Part shown: in pieces, positions 10,803-20,100 of the stretch | Position numbering within the stretch: position 1 is the first letter of the stretch | Layout: every line of letters starts with the position of its first letter | Source: Eledone cirrhosa | Taxonomy: Eukaryota | Reading direction: 5' to 3' | Assembly (NCBI GenBank): GCA_964016885.1 | Contig: OZ024740.1 | Location: forward strand, 10,664,001-10,728,000 | Length of the DNA: 64,000 nt | Notes under the pieces: model-generated | The model's input: the letters and a program-made list of their open reading frames with translations, nothing else | Databases searched by the model: none | Told to the model about the DNA's origin: nothing | Program-made: the position numbers and the translations under genes

Positions 10803-11489
10803 ATATAAGTAGGCCGAATTTACTTGCAAACCGCCAGAGATTCGATTTTACTGATTTCCAATTATATTATTCTCCTAGATTTAATAATTAACTAATTAAT
10901 TTAATTAGACAATTCTGTTGATTGGTTAATTATTTGTGTTTGTTTTATAACATCTAGTCGAGAGCTTATCATGATGATTAGCGGAAATTATAATATTTCC
11001 TTTCGCTAGCATTTTGAATGACCCGCCTAAAACCGGGGGTTATCTCCCTTGCCGGAATTAACACGTGATAACTATAGATACGATTAGCAGCCATACCAGA
11101 GATGCAACATATAATTTATCACTCCGGTCCTAGGCAGAACGAAAACCTGTTGATAAACTGAATCCTCCGTTCGATCACCAATACCATGAGCTTGCCATTC
11201 ACGTAAGTCTGATATTTGATTTCGGATTCAAAGAAACACTTTAAATGATTGTTCGTTTGATTTGTCCAGGTGTACTTTTCTCAACCTGATTAGTTCTATC
11301 GTTACTTTGGTATGTATTGTGTGTTAGTTTCGCCTACCACAATGTTCGATTTGTCAAGCTATTTAAACATATGTTATTACTCTGAGGTCTTATCTTATTG
11401 AGTGCTTTGCGAACTCATCATTTCATATAAGTAGGCCGAATTTACTTGCAAACCGCCAGAGATTCGATTTTACTGATTTCCAATTATAT
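10803..11489. mobile_element. Unclassified ~690-bp element with identical 65-bp terminal direct repeats, sitting in (TA)n
   Basis: ATATAAGTAGGCCGAATTTAC...GATTTCCAATTATAT at 10803-10867 and 11425-11489, with TA dinucleotide runs on both outer sides. Confidence 0.6.
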
Positions 11490-11649
11490 ATATATATACT
11501 TTTCAAAATCTGCAGTAGTGCTGACAGCTTCAAATTGTCAAATAGCGAGATGTATGAGAGAGTGCATGTATGCGGGAAGGTTTCCACAGATGTATCAAAT
11601 TATTTAATCGATTTTCTCAACTATAATAAACCTCAATGCAATGAAAAGA

Positions 11650-11800
11650 ATTAGTGCGTACTTGAAGAAATTGCTACCCGGTTAGGGTTATGAGCATGAC
11701 CAGAACGGAAGTGGCGAAAGCAATGAGGTCAAACTGAATAATTTCATTCACAAACATTTGATAGTGTAACGCGCGAAGGCAACGCCTCAGCATGTTAGTT
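11650..11800 (+). promoter_or_regulatory. Candidate housekeeping-type promoter
   Basis: Locally CpG-rich, non-repetitive segment with ETS/GABP motif CGGAAGTG (11706-11713) and E2F-like CGCGCGAA (11770-11777), upstream of a candidate first exon. Confidence 0.35.
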
Positions 11801-12043
11801 AAGAAAAAGTAAGAAAACCGTAAAATCTGGGATATTTATAGAAGAAACAAAGTCAGTATTGAAAAGAAAAGCACCAGTAATCAGTTGAATCTCCCTCTCA
11901 GTACTCAAAGGATTGTTTTTTTCTTTCGGGAGCTTTTCTTTTATTACGCTGAAGAAAAGCTGAAAGCAGTTTTGCTTTAGGGAGTTGACCGAAAACAAAC
12001 ACATCAAGCATGTGTTACGGTCGGACGACACAGTTTATTCAAA

Positions 12044-12059
12044 ATGGTTGACAGACTCA
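12044..12059 (+). CDS. Candidate first coding micro-exon (MVDRL+1 nt), matching the conserved N-terminus of PLEKHF2/Phafin2/Rush hour
   Basis: CAAAATGG start context, ATG GTT GAC AGA CTC A, then a consensus GTGAGT donor (12060-12065). Only five residues, so the identity is tentative. Confidence 0.35.
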
Positions 12060-12819
12060 GTGAGTAAATAAAGAACTTTAACAGTTACTCTACTACAAGA
12101 TTCTTTCTTCGTGTAAGAAGTGTGTGTTGTGTGTATTTTAGTAGCAGTTGTGAAATGCAAAGCGTGATAAAACTTGTTCAAAGTATCCAAGTGTAATTTT
12201 CTATTAGTTTCCTGTGCTGGATTCTAACCTCCCCTTTCCATATATATATGTAAACAAATATATGTAATTGACTCTCGGGTCCCAAATATTACGGGGTGGT
12301 GATGGAATAGTCGGGAGGGGTGGGTCCCCTGGAAAATCGGTAATTTTTCTAGGTTGTCTCGGTTGATTTTTTTAAAATAAAATACCCGAATTAGTCATTT
12401 AGTTTACATATTGAGACCCCAACCCATCCTATTTATTTTATAATATATAGGATTTATAGTAATGTACATTTTTTTGGCCATACATAATTTTAATTGTTCG
12501 CAGGAATGCAACCACTTGAAATAACATTTAGCCGGAGATAGATTAACAAAATTTAATAAGCGGGGTGGGGGAGGGCACGATCATTCGAGAATCGAGAGTA
12601 CGCAATAAAATAAGCTATCACTAAAGTAACCATAACTTGGACATTAAATACAAACATGCTAGACGAGGCTCTTATCGAATTGTCTTCCACTTGATAACCA
12701 ACATAGATCAATATATTAAGATATATACAAAGTTTTTCTAAGTTATATAACTCAGTTTTTAAGGTAAACTTAATTTCATTTAAATTATGGAATATTTCCA
12801 ATAAATATTTTAAACATTA

Positions 12820-13020
12820 GCGGTGATGTATTTGTTTTGCAAGTTTTTTTTTTTTAATATGAAATCGTGTGTGAAACAGATATTGTTATATTTGGGGAGG
12901 ATTGTGTTGTCCTACTAGTGCCAGAAAAAATATACTAAAGCGAAAACCAAACCAAACTGAGTGTTTTACTATTTTTTTGGCATTATTAAGACATGATCCT
13001 CCCCAAACATAACAATATAT
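12820..13020. mobile_element. MITE-like dispersed repeat with an internal inverted repeat
   Basis: TATTGTTATATTTGGGGAGGAT pairs with ATCCTCCCCAAACATAACAATA. The 5' part recurs at 15167-15252. Confidence 0.55.
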
Positions 13021-13199
13021 AGTTACTTTTTTAGGTAGTTTCCACATCTCACTTGTAGTGTTTTCAGGTGCAGTGGAGAAATTCGATACTGGTTAGTTTT
13101 TTAGTAATAATAAACTTGGAGTGAATTAATACATATGATTGGAATGTTGAATCGGAACATCCTGTCTTCGGTAACATCACAGTGCAAATAATATGTAAT

Positions 13200-13335
13200 G
13201 GTTTCTAACAAGTAAAAGGACAGAAATTTGAGGAAGGGGAGTGGAGCAAAGTCGATTATATCAACTCAAGTACTTGCCCAGGTATTATATCAACCTGTGA
13301 AAGACAAAGTTGACCATGGCAGCATTTTTGAACAC
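13200..13335 (-). mobile_element. Degenerate SINE fragment
   Basis: GTCGATTATATCAACTCAAGTACTT...ACAAAGTTGACCATGGCAGCATTTTTGAAC resembles 976-1164. Confidence 0.5.
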
Positions 13336-13344
13336 CCAGTGACC

Positions 13345-13557
13345 TAACCTTTTCCTTACCAACCCAGAGAAAATCGGCTCTGCTTATATGAAAGAAAACC
13401 ACCTATTCTAAAAGGTTCCTATTTAAATTCAAATCTTCCAGCATAATTTTATATAAGAACCATATGTTAAGTAACTATTTCAGTAATTAAATAATTTTTG
13501 TAAATCCCTAAAAAGTCTTAATTGAAATAGAATGTAGAGATATTGTCATGAAAGAGG
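13345..13557. mobile_element. MITE, same family as 4781-5154
   Basis: TAACCTTTTCCTTACCAACC...ATCTTCCAGCATAATTTTATATAAGAACC...TAAATCCCTAAAAA. Confidence 0.6.
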
Positions 13558-13609
13558 TACGCTTCTTGTACTTTTTTTCGGTTTTGTTGGCTGTTTTTTT
13601 AATGAACAG

Positions 13610-13611
<2 letters not shown>

Positions 13612-13655
<44 letters not shown>
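13612..13655. repeat. (TA)n microsatellite
   Basis: Directly visible. Confidence 0.97.
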
Positions 13656-13658
<3 letters not shown>

Positions 13659-13723
13659 CCAGGTCCAAGCGAGGGTAATCACTGTAAGTGAAGTACTCTA
13701 TATATTAGTAGAATATATACACA

Positions 13724-13828
13724 ATATAATATAGAAATGGCTTCTACATGACTAGAACTATTTCATTCGTAATGATTTCTTACAAATGAAACAGTCCTAG
13801 TCCTGTAGAAGCCATTTCTATATTATAT
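13724..13828. repeat. Hairpin with 49-bp arms (4 mismatches) and 7-nt loop
   Basis: 13724-13772 is the reverse complement of 13780-13828. Confidence 0.9.
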
Positions 13829-13865
13829 ATATTGGAAATGTGTGAAATCCTTGGTACAGTTAGGT

Positions 13866-13973
13866 ATAGGAAAAGAATGACTTCACTTGTAGTTCTAAAC
13901 AAGTTAATTTTATATGTACATTGTAAAATTATAAAATTGTTTAGAACTACAAGTGATGTCATTCTTTTCCTAT
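13866..13973. repeat. Hairpin with 37-bp arms (1 mismatch)
   Basis: ATAGGAAAAGAATGACTTCACTTGTAGTTCTAAACAA (13866-13902) versus 13937-13973. The spacer is also partly self-complementary. Confidence 0.9.
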
Positions 13974-14148
13974 CATCATCATCATCATCATCGTTTAACG
14001 TCCGTGTTCCACGCTTGCATGGGTTTGGACGGGGGTAGTCCCACTTGAGGCAAGAGTGGTTGTCTCGCTCGCATAGGACTGTCTGGCGGGTTTTCTACAG
14101 CTGGATGCCCTTCCTAACACCAACCACGTTTACAGTGTGGGGCTGGGA
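13972..14148 (-). mobile_element. SINE with (GAT)n tail, reverse orientation
   Basis: (ATC)n-GTTTAACGTCCGTGTTCCACGCTTGCATGGGTTTGGACGG...TTTTCTACAGCTGGATGCCCTTCCTAACACCAACCAC. Confidence 0.8.
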
Positions 14149-15303
14149 ATATATATATATATATATATACGTGTATGTAAGATGATAGGGTTTGTTTGAG
14201 ATGAAACAGCAAGTGTTGTTTATCCTCGTCATATATGTAGGCGTAAAGGATATATAAAAGTTTGAAAGCATCAGCTGATGGGGGTATTTCCCACTGATTC
14301 TTACCCGATTAAAACGTCATAACTTTCTGGCAAGCTTTTAATTATAGTTTATGGTGAACACTTTATATCCTTTTTCTTCTGTGGCTCTAGAGGCCTTGTC
14401 CCCCCCCCCTTTTCTTCTCGTTCATTGCTTTTATAGTCCTTTCCTCTACTTTTCCACCCAGCCAGAGCTGCCCTTCTTTACCCCTTTCCCATATGTAATG
14501 GCATTGATTATTTATACTATTGTAAATAAAGTTATTTATTGGGATTTTTTCGTGTAAAAGAATATTAGTCTTCTCATGTTTTTCATAGCAAAAATGTTTA
14601 TAATATATATACATAGGTACCCGTTTATGTGCGCTGTCTCGAAGTGAATAACTGTGTATACTCTGGAAGTTTATTTAACATTACCTATTGAGTACGCTGA
14701 GATGCAACCGGTCCTAGCAGTGACACCCATGCTAGTTCCGTCAACTTTATTTATATACATGGTGGCTGCCAACTCGTATTCGAGTACGGCCACTACTTTA
14801 TATCCATGTAGGAGGACCCCTACCGATGCGCTGAACGAGTGTGACTTTTTAGTTCAGCCAGCGACTTGAACTCTGGTACAAACACTACACTTGTGACAAT
14901 TATTGACACATAGTGCTGGGCCCATGGTACCATGTGACGACAAGTGCAGAGAGATCTCCAGATATAAAGCAATGCCTGTGCCGTGAAGCTTTTATAGTGA
15001 GCAAAGGCACTGCACAAAGCCAGTCCCACTCTCTTAACCAAGATGATATTTACCAAAAAGAAGAACAAGTCAACATCATTGGATACCATCAGAGTTGCAG
15101 GTGTTATATCAGAGTTTTCCTTCTAGAATTCTGCCTTGACAAAGGCTAAGTGGTCATCTCTATATACGGTGCTGAATTTGTTTTGCAAGGTTTTTGATAT
15201 GAAATCGGGTGTTGAAACAAATATATTTGGGGAGGGTCAGGTTATAACAATATATATATATATATAGGAAAAAGTATGACCCCGACGTATATATATACAT
15301 ACA

Positions 15304-15547
15304 CAATGATATTAAATAAATGGAAACTACATTTATAAAACCATATTTATTCTATTATTTCTATTTCAAGGGAACCAAAACTTTGGTACGCTTTCATCAG
15401 ATAAAATACAAAGTGTGTTTTATAAATTTTGACATAACCAAGAAAAAGATACCTTAACGGTTTAAGTTTTCCTTGGTACCCTTGAAATATATATAATAGA
15501 ATAAATATAGTTTTATAAATATAGTTTCCATTTATTTAATATCATTG
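15304..15547. repeat. 75-bp inverted repeat, probable Penelope-like element inverted terminus
   Basis: 15304-15378 and 15473-15547 are reverse complements with about five mismatches. Adjacent to TA runs and overlaps a hammerhead core. Confidence 0.8.
15346..15408 (-). ncRNA. Degenerate type I (minimal) hammerhead ribozyme
   Basis: Minus strand reads UAUUUUAU-CUGAUGA-AAGCGUACC-AAAGUUUU-GGUUCCCUU-GAAA-UAGAAAUA-AUAGAAUA. Core boxes, stem II and stem I are recognisable. Stem III is mutated relative to GAAAUAUAUA in the opposite arm. Confidence 0.55.
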
Positions 15548-15712
15548 AATATTATACTCCAGAAAACTTGTCGAGTGCTCTGAATCAGTTATAAACATTT
15601 ATATTTTTTGAATTACCAACAAATTGAATATGACTTTTACTTATATACATTACAGAAAGTTTTAAAAAATATACAATGTTGTTAAGAAGTTTACTTCACT
15701 ATCACGTGGTTC

Positions 15713-16010
15713 TCATCGGAGTGTGTGACATGGTGTGTGGTTCCTATCGGAGTGTGTGGAACTGTGTGTGACACGATGTGTGGTTCCTATCGAAGTGTGT
15801 GACACGCTGTCTGACACTGTATGTGGCACAGCGTGTGACACGGTGTGACACGTTGTGTGGTTCCTATCGAAGTGTGTGACACGCTGTCTGACACTGTGTG
15901 TGGCACAGCGTGTGACACGGTGTGGCACGGTGTGTAGTTCCTATCGAAGTGAGTGACACGGTGTGTGGCACAGTGTGTGGGACATTGTGTGGCACGGTGT
16001 GTGGTTCCTG
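15713..16010. repeat. 77-bp compound minisatellite built from GTGTGRCAC sub-units
   Basis: CCTATCGAAG at 15786, 15863 and 15940, with shorter partial units upstream. Confidence 0.85.
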
Positions 16011-16057
16011 TCAATGTTTTGCGAGTGAAGTTCGTAAATAGTTGTGTGGTAGTCCCT

Positions 16058-16294
16058 CGTGTGTATATATGTGTGTATGTGTTGTGCATGTGTGTTTGTG
16101 TATATGTATGCACGTGTGTGTGAGCTTGTGTGTGCCTGAGAGGGACAGGGGGAGAGAGAACGTGAGTGTGTGTATGTGTGTGTGTGTATGTATGTACGTG
16201 TGTGTGAGCTTGTGTGTGCCTGAGAGAGAGTGAGAGTGGGTGTGTATGTATGTGTGTGTGTGTGTTGTGTGTGTGTGTAGTAGTAGTAGTAGTA
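16058..16294. repeat. Degenerate (GT)n/(GA)n tract ending in (GTA)n
   Basis: Directly visible. Source of the low-complexity ORFs here. Confidence 0.9.
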
Positions 16295-16367
16295 GGTTCT
16301 GTACTCTTTTCCCGTCCTATTTCGTGATTGCAAATCTATTTTTTAATTTTATCATACATAAATTCTG

Positions 16368-16604
16368 TGCAAGTACCGGCCACTCTCTGATAGGTTTGTG
16401 GTCAAGCCTGTGGCAGTGGAGAACCCAGGGTTCATGGCCCCCCGGATCACATCCTTACTCATTGCTCTCGGAGCGGAGTTGGCTACCCGCATGTGCGAGC
16501 CTCACAAAATGGAGTGGCTGTTCCAGCGCGTTTCCCTCGCCGTCCTCCGGGACAATGTCTTCTCCATCCAGTCGGCAGGGTCTACGAGGTGGACTGACCC
16601 TTAA
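16368..16604 (+). mobile_element. 3' remnant of a CRE-like (restriction-like endonuclease) non-LTR retrotransposon
   Basis: Translates KYRPLSDRFVVKPVAVENPGFMAP...EPHKMEWLFQRVSLAVLRDNVFSI, matching the KY...PxAVETxG...FQRxSxAxxRGN C-terminus. GC-rich relative to the flanks. Confidence 0.75.
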
Positions 16605-16617
16605 ATTTTATTTATAA

Positions 16618-16765
16618 GGGTGGCAATTGGCTTAGTGGTTAGAGCATTGGGCTTGCAATCGAAAGGTTGTGAGTTCAATTCTCGGACCGTGTAATGTGTT
16701 GATTCCTTGAGCAAGACACTTTATTTCACGTTGCTCCAGTTTACTCAGCTGTAGAAATGAGATGA
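16618..16765 (+). mobile_element. tRNA-derived SINE head with CORE-like domain
   Basis: A box TGGCTTAGTGG, B box GAGTTCAATTC, then TCCTTGAGCAAGACACTTTATTTCAC...CAGCTGTAGAAATGAG. Confidence 0.78.
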
Positions 16766-17194
16766 TAGGGACTGGGGTCCCTATCATTAAATCACCCAAG
16801 ACACCTCCAACGAGATATACCTTGGAGGAGGCCAGCTAAACCTGCATAGGTGTGAGCTGTAACAACAACAAATAGATCGAGTACGAAGCACCGAAGGATG
16901 TCTATAAATGTAATTCTTAAACAATCGGAATCCCTTATATTGAATTACTTTTTTCTGGGTCCATTTCCGTTCACATGGGATTCTCCAATGTAAGACTGGG
17001 AATGTTGGAGAGTTGATCTATCTGTGGATCTGTCCACAACTGGTTAAATGGCGGTTACCATACCAACGAGGCTCCTGTCATACTAGTGGCAGTAGCAATT
17101 GCAGTTTATCCAGGCAGATATTACATCTATACATGGACCCGTAACATCCGGGGGAGGTGTAGGAGTGCTATATTCATATACGGTGATTTTAGGT

Positions 17195-20100
17195 CATCTT
17201 AAAACCTGGTGGAGCCCATCTTAAAACCTGGTGGAGCCCATCTTAAAACCTGGTGGAGCCCATCTTAAAACCTGGTGGGGCCCATCTTAAAACCAAATGG
17301 ACCCCATCTTAAAACCTGGTGGACCCCATCTTAATACCTGGTGGACCCCATCTTAATACCTGGTGGAGCCCATCTTAAAATATGGTGAAGCCGATCTTAA
17401 AATCTGGTGGACCCCATCTGAAACCCTGGTGGAACCCATCTTAATACCTGTTGGAGCCCATCTTAATACCAGCTGGAGCCCATCTTAATACTTGGTGGAG
17501 CCCATCTTAAAACCTGGTGGACCCCATCTTAAAACTTGGTGGACCCCATCTTAATTACTGGTGGAGCCCATCTTAATACCTGGTGGAGCCCATCTTAATA
17601 CCTGGTGGAGCCCATCTTCAAACCTGGTGGAGCCCATCTTAATACCGGGTGGATCCGATCTTAAAACCTGGTGGAGCCCATCTTAATACCTGGTGGACCC
17701 CATCTTAAAACCTGGTGGAGCACGTCTTAATACCTGGCGGACGCCATCTTAATAGCTGGTGGAGCCCATCTTAAAACCTGGTGGAGCCCATCTTAATACC
17801 TGGTGGAGCCCATCTTAATACCTGGTCGACCCCATCTTAATACCTGGTGGAGCCCACCTTAAAACCTGGTGGAGCCCATCTTAATACCTGGTGGAGCCCA
17901 TCTTAAAACCTGGTGGAGCCCATCTTAATACCGGGTGGATCCGATCTTAAAACCTGGTGGAGCCCATCTTAATACCTGGTGGACCCCATCTTAAAACCTG
18001 GTGGAGCACGTCTTAATACCTAGTGGAGCCCATCTTAAAACCTGGTGGAGCTCATCATAAAACCTGGTGGAGCCCATCTTAAAACCTGGTGGACCCCATC
18101 TTAAAACTTGGTGGACCCCATCTTAATTACTGGTGGAGCCCATCTTAATACCTGGTGGAGCCCATCTTAATACCTGGTGGACCCCATCTTAAAACCTGGT
18201 GGAGCACGTCTTAATACCTGGTGGAGCCCATCTAAAAACCAGGTGGAGCATGTCTTAATACCTGGTGGAGCCCATCTTAATACCTGGTGGAGCCCATCTT
18301 AATACCTAGTGGAGCCCATCTTAAAACCTGGTGGAGCTCATAAAACCTGGTGGAGCCCATCTTAATACCTGGTGGAGCCCATCTTAATACCTGGCCCAGG
18401 CCATCATAAACCTAGTGGAGCACGTCTTAATACCTGGTGGAGCCCATCTTAATACCTGGTGGACCCCATCTTAAAACCTGGTGGACACCATCTTAATACC
18501 TGGTGGAGCCCGTCTTAATACCTGGTGGACCCCATCTTAGTACCTGGTGGACCCCATCTTGATACCAGCTGGAGCCCATCTTAATACTTGGTGGAGCCCA
18601 TCTTAATACCTGGTGGAGTCCATCTTAAATCCTGGTGGACCCCTTCTTAAAACTTGGTGGACCCGATCTTAATTATTGGTGGAGCCCATCTTAATACCTG
18701 GTGGAGCCCATCTTAATACCTGGTGGAGCCCATCTTCAAACCTGGTGGAGCCCATCTTAATACCGGGTGGATCCGATCTTAAAACCTGGTGGAGCCCATC
18801 TTAATACCTGGTGGACCCCATCTTAAAACCCTGTGGAGCACGTCTTAATACCTGGTGGAGCCCATATTAAAACCTGGTGGACCCCATCTTGATACCAGCT
18901 GGAGCCCATCTTAATACCTGGTGGAGCCCATCTTAAAACCTGGTGGACCCCATCTTAAAACTTGGTGGACCCCATCTTAATTACTGGTGGAGCCCATCTT
19001 AATACCTGGTGGAGCCCATCTTAATACCTGGTGGAGCCCATCTTCAAACCTGGTTGAGCACGTCTTAATACCTGGTGGAGCCCATCTAAAAACCAGGTGG
19101 AGCATGTCTTAATACCTGGTGGAGCCCATCTTAATACCTGGTGGAGCCCATCTTAATACCTGGTGGAGCCCTTAAAAACTGGTGGAGCCTATCTTAATAC
19201 CTGGTGGAGCCCATCTTCAAACCTGGTGGAGCCCATCTTAATACCTGGTTGACCCCATCTTAAAACCTGGTGGACCACATCTTAATACCTGGTGGACCCC
19301 ATCTTAATACCTGGTGGAGGCCATCTTAAAATATGGTGGAGCCCATCTTAAAACCTGGTGGACCCCATCTTAATACGTGGTGGAGCCCTTCTTAAAAACT
19401 GGTGGAGCCCATCTTAATACCTGGTGGAGCCCATCTTAAAACCTGGTGGAACCCATCTTAATACCTGTTGGAGCACATCTTAATACCTAGTGGAGCCCAT
19501 CTTAAAACCTGGTGGAGCTCATCATAAAACCTGGTGGAGCCCATCTTAATACCTGGTGGAGCCCATCTTAATACCTGGTGGAGCCCATCTTAATACCTAG
19601 TGGAGCCCATCTTAAAACCTGGTGGAGCCCATCTTAATACCTGGTGGAGCCCATCTTAATACCTGGTGGAGCCCATCTTAATACCTAATGGAGCCCATCT
19701 TAAAACCTGGTGGAGCCCATCTTAATACCTTGTGGAGCCCATCTTACTACCTGGTGGAGCCCATCATAAACCTAGTGGAGCACGTCTTAATACCTGGTGG
19801 AGCCCATCTTAATACCTGGTGGACCCCATCTTAAAACCTGGTGGACACCATCTTAATACCTGGTGGAGCCCGTCTTAATACCTGGTGGACGCCATCGTAA
19901 TAGCTGGTGGACCACATTTTAATACCTGGTGGAGCCCATCTTAAAACCAAATGGACCCCATCTTAAAACCTGGTGGACCCCATCTTAGTACCTGGTGGAC
20001 CCCATCTTAATAGCTGGTGGACCCCATCTTAATAGCTGGTGGAGCCCATCTTAAAATATGGTGGAGCCCATCTTAAAACCTGGTGGACCCCATCTGAAAA

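Noticed and set aside
11682-11689. TTAGGG telomere-like motif
   Set aside because: Only a single unit, expected by chance.
14275-14320. CTGATGGGGG...CCCGATTAAAACGTC as a second hammerhead
   Set aside because: Both core boxes are mutated, so it is too degenerate to support.
15713-16333. His/Thr- and Cys/Val-rich ORFs (also 3465-3772 and 7843-8073)
   Set aside because: Translations of (GT)n/(CA)n and minisatellite sequence.
16618-16695. tRNA gene
   Set aside because: A and B boxes are present, but there is no convincing acceptor stem and it continues into a SINE core domain.
17035-17135. Minus-strand CNICLD...SMxG...W resembling an RNF5/RNF185 RING pseudogene
   Set aside because: It needs a frameshift and a stop, and the remaining zinc ligands would require multiple substitutions per codon. 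Probably chance, though a blastx search would settle it.
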